Assembly: GCA_040081715.1 (NCBI GenBank)
Contig: JBEBFY010000003.1
Span: 6,524-70,523, forward strand
Source of the DNA: Vicinamibacterales bacterium
Lineage (GTDB): Bacteria; Acidobacteriota; Vicinamibacteria; Vicinamibacterales; UBA2999
Length of the DNA stretch: 64,000 nucleotides
Direction of reading: 5' to 3'
The notes beneath the pieces were generated by a model. The model ran no database searches. It worked only from the letters and a program-made list of their open reading frames with translations, and had not been told where the DNA came from. Made by a program: the position numbers and the translations under genes. Below are positions 9,382 to 18,066 of this stretch, piece after piece. Every line of letters starts with the position of its first letter. Position 1 is the stretch's first letter.

Positions 9382-9609
9382 ATGACGATCGCCTCAGCCG
9401 TCGTGCACAGCGACCCCGAGATTCTGGGCGGAGCGCCCGTCTTCGTCGGGACTCGCGTACCTTTCCGCAACCTTATCGACTACCTGGAGCGGAACCATAG
9501 CCTCGATGAGTTCCTGGACGCGTTTCCGAGCGTCTCCCGGGAGCAGGCCGTTGCCGCGCTTGAAGCAGCGCACGATGCGGTGACGGTTCATGCGCGTCCT
9601 GCTCGATGA
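9382..9609 (+). CDS. DUF433-family antitoxin-like protein
   Basis: DPEILGGAPVFVGTRVPFRNLIDYLERNHSLDEFLDAFPSVSREQAVAAL matches the DUF433 pattern. It overlaps the downstream gene by 20 nt. Confidence 0.8.
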   Translation: MTIASAVVHSDPEILGGAPVFVGTRVPFRNLIDYLERNHSLDEFLDAFPSVSREQAVAALEAAHDAVTVHARPAR

Positions 9610-9943
9610 GCAGCTCCCGCGTCAGCTTGCTGCGTTCCTGACAGGCTTCAATGTTCGGACCGTTCAGCAAGAGGGCTGGAGCGGGCTCAAGAACGGGGTG
9701 CTTCTGGGCCGCGCAGAAGACGCGGGATTCTCGGTCTTCTTGACCGGTGACCAAAACCTCGAGTTTCAGCAGAGCCTGAAGGGCCGGCGGCTGGCTGTCG
9801 TTGTGCTGGGCGCATCAAGCAACGCCCTTGAGGATCTATTGCCACTCGTCCCTGAGACGCTCGCGGTTCTGAGGACTGCTCAGCCCGGCGAGTGCGTTCG
9901 TGTGGGGCGTTCTGGTCGGACGCCTCCTTCTCAGCGCGAGTAG
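9590..9943 (+). CDS. DUF5615-family PIN-like (Mut7-C-like) toxin candidate
   Basis: MRVLLDEQLPRQLAAFL...FLTGDQNLEFQQ pattern of DUF5615. It is paired with DUF433 in the canonical antitoxin-toxin order. Confidence 0.75.
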   Translation: MRVLLDEQLPRQLAAFLTGFNVRTVQQEGWSGLKNGVLLGRAEDAGFSVFLTGDQNLEFQQSLKGRRLAVVVLGASSNALEDLLPLVPETLAVLRTAQPGECVRVGRSGRTPPSQRE

Positions 9944-10653
9944 CGGTCGTCCAGCCAGGGCTCGGCGGTGTCGGAATAGCCGCGCTTCTCCCAGAAACCG
10001 CGTTTCGGCAGGATCAGGAACTCGATCTTCCGGATCCACTTCGTGCCCTTCCACGCATAGAGCTTGGGCGTGATCATCCGGCACGGGCCGCCGTGCTCCA
10101 GGGGGAGCGGCGCACCTTCCCAGGTGTGGACCAGCAGGACGTCCTCTTCAATCGCTCGGGCCAGCGGCAGGTTCGTCGTATAGGGCTCGCGCGACATGCC
10201 GTCGTGGTCGTAGCCGGTGCAGAGCACGTGCGACACCGAGTCGGCCGGTACGACCAACTCGGCGAGCGTGCGGAAGCGCACGCCGTTCCAGCGGTTGTCG
10301 AGGCGGCTCCAGGTGGTCACGCAGTGGAAGTCGCTCACGTCGTCCACCTGCGGCAGGGACATGAAATCGTCCCAGGTCAGCGTGACCGGGTTGGCGACGG
10401 CGCCTCCGACCTCCAGCCGCCAGTCCGGCTTTGAGACGCGCGGTACATCGCCCAGGTCCAGCACAGGCCAGTTGGGCACGAGGTGCTGGCCCACGGGCGT
10501 CGTCGGCATGCCGTGGCGGTTCACCGGGCCGCTGCCCATCGGCCGCTGGCCGGAGGGCTGTGTGCTCACGCCGTTGCCGATCGCACGTTGGCGCTCGATG
10601 TAGCGGAGACGCTTGGCCACCAGCGAGTTCGGGTCGCGTGGCTCGTCGGCCAC
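9931..10653 (-). CDS. sulfite-oxidase-like molybdopterin-dependent oxidoreductase
   Basis: Family-typical segments DFHCVTTWSRLDNRWNGVRFRTL and GGPCRMITPKLYAWKGTKWI. Confidence 0.8.
   Translation of the reverse strand: MADEPRDPNSLVAKRLRYIERQRAIGNGVSTQPSGQRPMGSGPVNRHGMPTTPVGQHLVPNWPVLDLGDVPRVSKPDWRLEVGGAVANPVTLTWDDFMSLPQVDDVSDFHCVTTWSRLDNRWNGVRFRTLAELVVPADSVSHVLCTGYDHDGMSREPYTTNLPLARAIEEDVLLVHTWEGAPLPLEHGGPCRMITPKLYAWKGTKWIRKIEFLILPKRGFWEKRGYSDTAEPWLDDRYSR
9932..9966. repeat. right arm of the direct repeat (functional 3' end of the molybdoenzyme gene)
   Basis: See 9309-9344. The repeat starts exactly at the stop codon (tca on the + strand). Confidence 0.7.
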
Positions 10654-12021
10654 CTACTTCTTCCCAATCCGATAGAGCTTCGAGGCCGTGCGGATGAGGA
10701 GCGTGCCCTTCGCGATGGCTGGCGTGGCGAGCGTCATCTCGTCGAGGCCGTTGCGGCCCACGAGCTTGAACGCCGGGCCGGCATCCATGACGAACGTGTC
10801 GCCGTCCTCACTGAGCGCGAACACCTTGCCGTTGTACGCCCAGGGCGACGCGGTGAAACCGGTGGAATCCGCGCTGACGCGCTGCTTGCCGTAGACCTCC
10901 CGGCCGGTTGTGGCGTCGTTCGCGGCGAGAAACGCCGTGTCGTACAGCGTGTAGTAGGTGCCTCGGTACACGAGGGCCGATGGGTTGTAGGAGGCCAGTG
11001 TGCTGTTGGACCAGGCGACAAACGCATTCGAGGTCTCGCCGGCCTTGAGCGAGATGTCGCCGCTCGCGCCGGGTTTGACGGCATAGACCGGCTTTTGCGG
11101 ATCGTTCCGGTATCCCGAACTGAGGTAGAGCAGGCCGTTGGCCGCCACCGGCGTGGGGATGCTCAGCGTGGAGATGCCGCTCATCTCCCACAGCGGCGTG
11201 CCGTCCAGACCATAGGACCGGATCTTCTTCCAGCCGATGGTCACAATCTCGGTGCGGAGCGGGTTCGTCCAGATGAAGGGAGTGACCCAACTGCTGCCGG
11301 TTTCGCGGTCCGCCTTCCAGACCTCCTTGCCGGACTTCGCGTCGAGCGCGAGGAGGAACGACTGGTCCTCGTTGTCACTGACCAGGTAGATCCTGCCCCC
11401 GTGGAGGACGGGCGAGGCCGCCGCGCCCCAGCCCGAGCGCATGCGCGGGGCGGGCATCGGGCGCGACCACACGGACTTCCCCTTCGTGTCGAAGACGAAG
11501 AGGCCGGCGTTCGCAAAGTAGGCGTACACGCGCTCGCCGTCGGTGACTGGTGTTTCGGAGGCGAAGCTGTTCTTCAGGTGGAGGGGCTGCGCTGGTACGG
11601 CCGCGCCGACTTCACGCTGCCAGCGGATCTTGCCGCTCTTCAGGTCCACGTCCACAACGACCCAGCGCTGCGGTGGGGACGTCTTCGCGACCTCGCCCGC
11701 GCCGTAGACGCGCGCCTTCACCGGGGCGGGAGTCGTGGCGATGGCCGTGGTGAGGAACACATGGTCACCCCAGACCACGGGCGAACTCCAGCCGATCCCC
11801 GGGATGTCGGCCTTCCAGCGCACGTTCTCGGTGGCGCTCCACGTCTCCGGCAATCGGGGGTCATCCGCGGCAACGCCGGACGACTGCGGGCCGCGGAACT
11901 GGGGCCACTGCTGGTCGGCGGCATGAAGGGTAATGGCCGAGGCCAGAAGGAGGGCGGCCACGGAGGCATGGCTGGTGCGCATCCCCGTAGTGTACCGGGT
12001 GCGCGCCACGAAGGTGCTCAC
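10654..12021 (-). CDS. PQQ-like beta-propeller repeat protein (BamB-like fold), secreted
   Basis: Repeated W/G-rich blade motifs and a signal peptide (MRTSHASVAALLLASAITLHA). An alternative start at 11982 is likely. The stop abuts the downstream gene start (10653/10654). Confidence 0.7.
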   Translation of the reverse strand: MSTFVARTRYTTGMRTSHASVAALLLASAITLHAADQQWPQFRGPQSSGVAADDPRLPETWSATENVRWKADIPGIGWSSPVVWGDHVFLTTAIATTPAPVKARVYGAGEVAKTSPPQRWVVVDVDLKSGKIRWQREVGAAVPAQPLHLKNSFASETPVTDGERVYAYFANAGLFVFDTKGKSVWSRPMPAPRMRSGWGAAASPVLHGGRIYLVSDNEDQSFLLALDAKSGKEVWKADRETGSSWVTPFIWTNPLRTEIVTIGWKKIRSYGLDGTPLWEMSGISTLSIPTPVAANGLLYLSSGYRNDPQKPVYAVKPGASGDISLKAGETSNAFVAWSNSTLASYNPSALVYRGTYYTLYDTAFLAANDATTGREVYGKQRVSADSTGFTASPWAYNGKVFALSEDGDTFVMDAGPAFKLVGRNGLDEMTLATPAIAKGTLLIRTASKLYRIGKK

Positions 12022-12049
12022 TCGGCGGGTGACAGGTGGCCGCTTCCGG

Positions 12050-15000
12050 CTAGAAGGAGACGCGCAGCCCGAACTGCATCTGGCGCGGATCGCGCGCGCT
12101 GAAGATGCGGCCGAAGTTCGCGTTGCCGAACGTGCGGTTCGGCAGGTCGAAGTTGGCCCGGTTCAGCAGGTTGAAGATCTCCCAGCGGAACTCGACCTGG
12201 GGGCCGCTGCCGACGGGGAACGTCCGCGCGACGGAGAAGTCGATGTTCGCGAATCCCGGTCCAATCACGCTGTTGCGCGGCGCGTTGCCGAACGTGAAGG
12301 CGGTCGGTAGCGCGAAGACGCTCGTGTCGAACCACCGGTCCGGGGTCTGCTCGCCGCCAGACAGGTTCGGATTCCCGGCCTGATTCGGACGCTGGGCCGG
12401 GCCGGCGCCAATGTTGGCGCGATCCACGCTCAGATTGACGGTGAACGGTGCCCCCGACTGTGCGGTGACGACCGTGTTGAACCGCCAGTCGCCCGTCAGT
12501 GCGGCGGCAAGGCCGCTGCCGACGCCGGAGGTCATGAGCGTCCCGCTCGCCACGAACTGGTGCGTCCGGTTGAAGCTGGAGAGCGCCCACTCGCCGCCAT
12601 CGCCGAAGATGTTGCGGACGTTCTGGGGGAAGTTCGTTTCCGACTCGGTCGGCCCCGGGCTCGAGGCGTCGTCCTTCGAATGCGACCAGGTATAGGCCAG
12701 GTTGAAGGCGAAGCCGTTCGCCATGCGCCTCTCCGTCTTGGCCGTCACGCCGTGGTAGATGGACTTGCCGTCGAACCGGATGGCGCTGATGTTGCTCAGC
12801 TGCGGGATGGGGCGCCGCGCCTGAATCGAGCCAGGGCCGGGCTCCGGCACGTTGCGGATGGTGGCGTTGTCGGCCCCGAGCGTCCACGTGCCCATGTAGA
12901 ACACATCGGCCACCATGCTGTGACCGAGATCGCGCTGCAAGCCGCCGCTCCACGTCTGGCTGTACTCGACGTTGTAGGCGTAGTCCATGATTGTGCCGCC
13001 GACGGTGCCCGTGGCGGTGTTCGTCAGGATGTCGCGGGTCTGGAGCGTCGGGACCCGCACGTCGATCGGCACGTTCACCTGCTTGGTGTAGAAGAAAGGC
13101 AGGTTGCGGGCGAAGGCGGTCTGCACCGAGTAGGCCCACTGATTCAGGAAGATGCCGTAGCCGCCACGGACCACCGTCTTTCCGTCGTCGAGCGAGAGCG
13201 CGAACCCGGTCCGGGGCGCGAGGCGTACGGTGCTGGGGTCCATCAGTCCGTTTCCCCAGCCGGCCTCCTTCGACGTGACGCTCGGAATCGGCATCAGCGG
13301 CAGCAGGGCCTGAGCCGACGGGTGGATGGTGCCGGCCTCGTCGCTGGCGATCACGAACCGCTTCCCATCGAGATCAATTGAAGACAGCCGATTGTTCGCA
13401 TCGTACATGTGCTGGTTGAACTCGTAGCGCAACCCGAGGTTCACCGTCAGGTTCTCGCGCAGCCGCCAGTCGTCCTGCGCGTAGAGGTGAATCCACTTCG
13501 TCCGGCCATCCTCGTCGCCGCGGCCGATGCCTGAGGTCGCTGCCACGGGATAACCAAGGAGGAAGTCAGAAAGGGCGTTACCGCTGAACTGGCCCGTGTA
13601 CGTGAAGGCGCCGCGCGCGTTGTCGGGCTGTTCGGGCCGGAGCTGCAACTGGAAGTAGTAGGCGCCGAACTTCAGGCTGTGCTTCGCCCGCGCGATGCTG
13701 AAGTTCTCGTAGAGTTCGAAGTGCTGGTTGTTCCGGGCTACGAACGAGGTCGGGTCGCCCATGGCGTTAAAGAGGCCGCCAGTGGAGATTTGCGGATACC
13801 CGGTGTCCCGCGGGTCGCTCGTGACACCGAGCAAGCCCGTCTGGCCAGCGAAGTTCACGCCGCGGTTCACGCTGCCCTGGCCGCCCTTGACCGCCATCCA
13901 GCCGAAGCGGACCTCGTTCAGCAGCGCATTGCCGATGACGCGCGTATGGCTGACGACGAGGTTCTTCGTCTGGGTGTCCAGCGTGCGGCCGAAGCCCGGC
14001 ACGATCGACTCGCTGAGGACGCTGGTGCCGAAGGGCTGTGTTTCGTCCGCGCCGAACGTACTGAAGCGGGCGAAGAGCTGGTCGCTGTCGGTCAGCCGGT
14101 GGTCGAGCCGGAGACTGAACTGGTTGACCTCCTTGCTGAGTTCCTCCGCAGCGGCCAGGTTCTGGACGTTGCCACTCCCGGTGGGCATCGGGACCGCACG
14201 CAGCATCGCCGCGGCGATCGGGTCGATGCGGGAGGCCGGGATCTGATTGCCGGCAAAGGGCACGCAGCCGGTGGGCCTCGGGTCACAGATGGCGCCAAGG
14301 CCGCTGAAGTCGCCCGCGCGGAGCGCGGCTGATGGCACTGAGAAGGTCCGCGTCTGCGTCCGGTTCAGGCGCTGGGCCTCGTAGCTGCCGAAGAAAAACG
14401 TCCGGTTCCTGACGATCGGCCCGCCGAACGCACCGCCGAACTGGTTCTGCCGCAGCGGCGGGTTGTTCTGGCCCTTGGGGAGGAAGTAGTTGGTCGAGTC
14501 GAATGCGTCATCGCGGAAGAACTCGAAGAGGCTTCCCGTGAACTTGTTGGCGCCGGCCTTGGTTGCGACGTTGATGAGCGCCGAGGCCTTGCCGCCGAAC
14601 TCCGCCGGGTACTGCGACTTCTGAATCTTGAACTCCTGGACGGAGTCGATTGACGGGTTGATGACGAGGTTGTTGAACAGTTCGTCGGTGACTTTCGCGC
14701 CGTCGAGCAGGTAGATGTTGTGGCCGGAGCGCTGGCCGCCGACGTTGGGCAGGGGACCGGCCTGCTGGAGCGACTCGCCGCGCGTGCCGCCAGGAGGGAT
14801 GACCACGGCGTCGCTCAACTGGGCGAGGGCCATCAGGTTCCGGCCGTTGATCGGAATCTGCACGACCTCCCGGTTGCTGATGACGTCACTGATCTCCGCG
14901 GTCGTCGACTGGACGAGCGGCGCCACCGAAGCTGCCACCGTGACGGTCTCGCTGAGGCTTTCGATGTTCAGGGTGAAGTCGATGGTGACCTTGCCGCCAA

Positions 15001-15358
15001 TCTGCAGGGTGACTCCCTTGGCGGTGCTGGAGCTGAAGCCGCCGAGGCTGGCTGTGACCTCCCACTCGCCGACGCGCAGTTCGGGCAAAAGAAAGTGACC
15101 CACTCCATCGGTGACGCGGTCGAGGGTGGTGCCGCTCGCCTTGTGTGTGGCGGTGACGGTGACGCCCGGCAGGACGCCCCCTGAACTGTCCTTGACCACG
15201 CCGGAGACCTGTGCGGTGTTGGTTTGCGCAGCGGCGGACGAGGAGACCAGCAGGACCACCGCAAGCATTCGACGGATGACGAACGTGGGCATCGTGCTGA
15301 CGAGGGTACCGTCGGTCGGGCCGTGGGACGTGTAAGCGTCTTGTAAAACGCTGCGCAA
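12050..15358 (-). CDS. TonB-dependent receptor-like outer membrane protein with CarboxypepD_reg N-domain
   Basis: The N-terminal segment GVVKDSSGGVLPGVTVTATHKASGTT is a carboxypeptidase-regulatory-like fold. A plug-like region, a long beta-rich body and a terminal aromatic (LRVSF) follow. The probable start is at 15292 (MPTFVIRRMLAVVLLVSSSAAAQ). Confidence 0.8.
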   Translation of the reverse strand: MRSVLQDAYTSHGPTDGTLVSTMPTFVIRRMLAVVLLVSSSAAAQTNTAQVSGVVKDSSGGVLPGVTVTATHKASGTTLDRVTDGVGHFLLPELRVGEWEVTASLGGFSSSTAKGVTLQIGGKVTIDFTLNIESLSETVTVAASVAPLVQSTTAEISDVISNREVVQIPINGRNLMALAQLSDAVVIPPGGTRGESLQQAGPLPNVGGQRSGHNIYLLDGAKVTDELFNNLVINPSIDSVQEFKIQKSQYPAEFGGKASALINVATKAGANKFTGSLFEFFRDDAFDSTNYFLPKGQNNPPLRQNQFGGAFGGPIVRNRTFFFGSYEAQRLNRTQTRTFSVPSAALRAGDFSGLGAICDPRPTGCVPFAGNQIPASRIDPIAAAMLRAVPMPTGSGNVQNLAAAEELSKEVNQFSLRLDHRLTDSDQLFARFSTFGADETQPFGTSVLSESIVPGFGRTLDTQTKNLVVSHTRVIGNALLNEVRFGWMAVKGGQGSVNRGVNFAGQTGLLGVTSDPRDTGYPQISTGGLFNAMGDPTSFVARNNQHFELYENFSIARAKHSLKFGAYYFQLQLRPEQPDNARGAFTYTGQFSGNALSDFLLGYPVAATSGIGRGDEDGRTKWIHLYAQDDWRLRENLTVNLGLRYEFNQHMYDANNRLSSIDLDGKRFVIASDEAGTIHPSAQALLPLMPIPSVTSKEAGWGNGLMDPSTVRLAPRTGFALSLDDGKTVVRGGYGIFLNQWAYSVQTAFARNLPFFYTKQVNVPIDVRVPTLQTRDILTNTATGTVGGTIMDYAYNVEYSQTWSGGLQRDLGHSMVADVFYMGTWTLGADNATIRNVPEPGPGSIQARRPIPQLSNISAIRFDGKSIYHGVTAKTERRMANGFAFNLAYTWSHSKDDASSPGPTESETNFPQNVRNIFGDGGEWALSSFNRTHQFVASGTLMTSGVGSGLAAALTGDWRFNTVVTAQSGAPFTVNLSVDRANIGAGPAQRPNQAGNPNLSGGEQTPDRWFDTSVFALPTAFTFGNAPRNSVIGPGFANIDFSVARTFPVGSGPQVEFRWEIFNLLNRANFDLPNRTFGNANFGRIFSARDPRQMQFGLRVSF

Positions 15359-15376
15359 AAGGCCGCCGTAAAAGGG

Positions 15377-17065
15377 TCAGCCCGGCTCGGGATCGGGCGC
15401 CACCGGCAGGTGCAGGGTGAACGTGGACCCGCGGCCGGGTTCGCTTTCCACCGTGATCCGGCCCCCCATCAGCGTGGCCATGCTGCGTGCCAGCGCGAGG
15501 CCGAGACCCGTGCCGTGAATCTGGGCGGCCACAACAACGGGGCTTCGGTAGAACGGCTCGAAGATGCGGCCGCGGTCCGCGGGATCGATCCCGAGCCCCC
15601 GGTCCGTGACGGCCACCCGGACTTCGCGGGTTCCGGAGGGGTCTATGGCCGAAAAGGCATGCACGCCGATCCAGCGGGCGTTGCCGCTGTATTTGAGCGC
15701 ATTGGTCACGAGGTTTTCGACGCACTGGGTGAGGGCGGTCTGGTCTCCCAGTACCGGCGGGAGGTCCGACTCAACGACTCGTTCAATGGTGAATTGGCCC
15801 GCGTCCGCCAGCGTGACGGTGCTCGCGAGCGTGGCGTCGATCGCGTCGGTCACCGTAATCGGCTGCAGGGGGCGGCGCGTGCCCTTGCCCTGGCCCGCGA
15901 AGAGCAGGATGCGCTCGACGAGCGAGGCGAGCTGACGGACCTGTTGTCCGATCACCGTGCCGTACTCCGCCACGCGGGTCTGTTCGCGGACCACGCCACG
16001 GCTGATGTTGTCGGCCGCGGAGGCGATGACGGTTAGCGGCGTCCGCAGTTCATGCGAGACGGCTGCGACGAAGTCCATCTGCAGCGTCGCCAGCCGCTGC
16101 GCGCGGTGGCTCGCCACGACGAGCAGGGCGATGGAGGCCACCAGCAGGGCCAGGGCGCCGAGCGTTGCTACCAGATCCCGGCGCTGCGTGTTGGCGAGAA
16201 AGGCACCGAGCGCTCCACCACGGCGGTGGCGGACCACCAGGCGCCAATCCCCGGCGTCGCCGGAACCCTCGGGCAGGGCGAACCAGGTGATGGCGGCCGA
16301 GGGTACCTGCGCCTGTGGCGCCACGGTGTGGAACACCTCGAAGGGGCCACCCGACTGAGGGCTGGAGCGCCGGCCGAACACATTCAGGATGCCGTCGGCA
16401 TCAGGCGCCTGTGCCTGGCTGAAGCCGGCGTCGGAAGCCCAGAGTGCTGCTGGCTGGGCGGTGAAGACGGCGACCTCGTAGTCGAGGCCATCGGTGCCCG
16501 AGAAGTACCGCAGCGCGAGTGCCGGCAATACCGTCTCGCGGAGCACCGCGGGATCGATCGCCACGACCAGCCACCGGGGGACGTCGCTTCCCGCGATCGG
16601 CCGTGTCAGTGCCGGGAGCCCCGGGTGAAACATCCACGCTGTCGAGCCAGGACCGTCGAGCCGGAGTGCCAATGTGTCGTGCGGCACCAGCATGCCGCTG
16701 TCGGGGAGTACGCGCCGAGTCGTCGCCGGCTGGCCACCCCTGCCGGCCTCGTGCACGAACAGGCCCCGGACCAGGCCGGGGTACCGCGCGCTCCGCCGCC
16801 AGTCGGCGAGTCCTGCCGCGAGTGCCTCGGCGGACGCATCCCCTGGTGCGTGCAGATCCAGCGCGCGTGTGATGTCGGTGAAGTTGCGCTCGAAGTCCAC
16901 GTGCCAGTTGACCAGCGACATCTGCAGCGTGTCCGCCAGCCGCACGCCGGTAGCTTCGGTGATCTCACGGCTCGACCGGTACTGGAGAACGGCGAACGCG
17001 ATCAGGACGACCGTCGTGGCCACGACGGCGCCGGTCAGCAGTTGTCCCTGGGCTGGGGCCTTCAT
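15377..17065 (-). CDS. sensor histidine kinase (periplasmic-sensing)
   Basis: HisKA box VSHELRTPLT and HATPase G-boxes (TDRGLGI, GTGLGLALA). The N-terminal TM starts at MKAPAQGQLLTGAVVATTVVLIAF. Its ATG overlaps the response-regulator stop (ATGA at 17062-17065). Confidence 0.8.
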   Translation of the reverse strand: MKAPAQGQLLTGAVVATTVVLIAFAVLQYRSSREITEATGVRLADTLQMSLVNWHVDFERNFTDITRALDLHAPGDASAEALAAGLADWRRSARYPGLVRGLFVHEAGRGGQPATTRRVLPDSGMLVPHDTLALRLDGPGSTAWMFHPGLPALTRPIAGSDVPRWLVVAIDPAVLRETVLPALALRYFSGTDGLDYEVAVFTAQPAALWASDAGFSQAQAPDADGILNVFGRRSSPQSGGPFEVFHTVAPQAQVPSAAITWFALPEGSGDAGDWRLVVRHRRGGALGAFLANTQRRDLVATLGALALLVASIALLVVASHRAQRLATLQMDFVAAVSHELRTPLTVIASAADNISRGVVREQTRVAEYGTVIGQQVRQLASLVERILLFAGQGKGTRRPLQPITVTDAIDATLASTVTLADAGQFTIERVVESDLPPVLGDQTALTQCVENLVTNALKYSGNARWIGVHAFSAIDPSGTREVRVAVTDRGLGIDPADRGRIFEPFYRSPVVVAAQIHGTGLGLALARSMATLMGGRITVESEPGRGSTFTLHLPVAPDPEPG

Positions 17066-17757
17066 AAACCCTGCGGCCGGAACTTGTAGCCCAGCCCCTG
17101 CACGGTGACGAGGTACCGCGGCTGCCGCGGCTCCGGCTCCAGCTTCTGCCGGAGGCTGGCGACGTGGACGTCCACGGTGCGCGTGAACATCTTGCTGCTG
17201 TAGCCCCACACGTCCGTCAGCAGTTGCTCGCGGGTGAGCGTCGCCCCTGGATGTTCGAGAAAGTAGCGGAGCAACTGGAACTCGCGCGCCGAGAGTGGCA
17301 GCGACTTGCCATCCCGAATGACTTCAGTGCCCCGCAGGTCCACGCGGTTCGGGCCGATGTGCACGACCTCGGCTGAGGCCACCGCCCTGGCCGGCGCCCG
17401 GCGAAGGAGGGCCTCCACGCGGGCCATCAGTTCCTGCATATCGAAGGGCTTGGTGACGTAGTCGTCCGCGCCGATTTTGAGCCCGGCCACTTTGTCGGCG
17501 GTCTGGCCCTTCGCGGTGAGCATCAGGATGGGGGTGATGAGGCCGGCCGCCCGGATGTCCTCACAGACCCTGAGGCCGTTCAGTCCCGGCAGCATCACGT
17601 CCAGGATCACGAGGTCGAAGGGGAGCCGCGTGGCCTTTTCGAGGCCGTCCGGTCCGTCGGTCGCGTACTCAACCCCATATCCTTCCGAGCGTAGGCGGTC
17701 GCCCAGCGTCATCCGCAGCGCGGCTTCGTCTTCGACGAGGAGAATGTTGTCCTGCAT
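17062..17757 (-). CDS. OmpR/PhoB-family response regulator
   Basis: REC domain (ILLVEDE...LVILDVMLPG...LTAK) plus a winged-helix output domain (LSAREFQLLRYF...RTVDVHVASLRQKL). Confidence 0.9.
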   Translation of the reverse strand: MQDNILLVEDEAALRMTLGDRLRSEGYGVEYATDGPDGLEKATRLPFDLVILDVMLPGLNGLRVCEDIRAAGLITPILMLTAKGQTADKVAGLKIGADDYVTKPFDMQELMARVEALLRRAPARAVASAEVVHIGPNRVDLRGTEVIRDGKSLPLSAREFQLLRYFLEHPGATLTREQLLTDVWGYSSKMFTRTVDVHVASLRQKLEPEPRQPRYLVTVQGLGYKFRPQGL

Positions 17758-17775
17758 ACGGCTTCGTGCTCAGCC

Positions 17776-17804
17776 TTGACGGGATCCGGGGCCCCGGCTA
17801 CACT
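17776..17804 (+). promoter_or_regulatory. candidate sigma-70 promoter of the ilvB leader (TTGACG-17 nt-TACACT)
   Basis: The -35 box is at 17776-17781 and the -10 box at 17799-17804, with a 17-nt spacer. It lies in the divergent intergenic region. Confidence 0.4.
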
Positions 17805-17815
17805 GATCCGGTCAG

Positions 17816-17956
17816 ATGCCCCAGCAATTCCAGGCCATGAGTGCTCTTTCCGTCAACGGCGTCGCCGCCGGACGGAGACGTGTGCCCGCAGCCGGGATTG
17901 CCATTATCAGCATTATTAGCATTCCGGGCATCGGCAGCCCGGAATACGGTGGATGA
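17816..17956 (+). CDS. Ile-rich leader peptide of an ilvB transcription attenuator
   Basis: Translates as MPQQFQAMSALSVNGVAAGRRRVPAAGIAIISIISIPGIGSPEYGG*. There are 6 Ile in 9 codons, mostly the rare ATT codon. An alternative in-frame ATG is at 17837. The stop TGA (17954-17956) lies inside the antiterminator strand. Confidence 0.6.
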   Translation: MPQQFQAMSALSVNGVAAGRRRVPAAGIAIISIISIPGIGSPEYGG

Positions 17957-18007
17957 TGCAGGCATAGCCTGACGCCAAGGCAAGCAAGTTCCGAGGCCAT
18001 CATCCAC
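17949..18007 (+). promoter_or_regulatory. antiterminator helix of the ilvB attenuator
   Basis: GTGGATGATG (17949-17958) is perfectly complementary to CATCATCCAC (17998-18007). This pairing is mutually exclusive with the terminator stem. An upstream pause-type hairpin pairs ATTCCGGG (17921-17928) with CCCGGAAT (17938-17945). Confidence 0.6.
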
Positions 18008-18025
18008 ACGGGTGATGGCCTTTTT
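17995..18025 (+). terminator. intrinsic terminator in the ilvB 5' leader
   Basis: GGCCATCATCC-ACAC-GGGTGATGGCC (11 bp, one G-U) followed by TTTTT, 41 nt upstream of the ilvB ATG. Confidence 0.7.
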
Positions 18026-18066
18026 CATTGGTGCGGCCGATAGAAGTTCAGACGAGAGAGCGAATC

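Noticed and set aside
17798-18028. Minus-strand ORFs (76 and 65 aa) in the ilvB upstream region
   Set aside because: They lie antisense to the leader/attenuator, lack a Shine-Dalgarno and motifs, and their existence depends on the AT-richer Ile-codon run read backwards.
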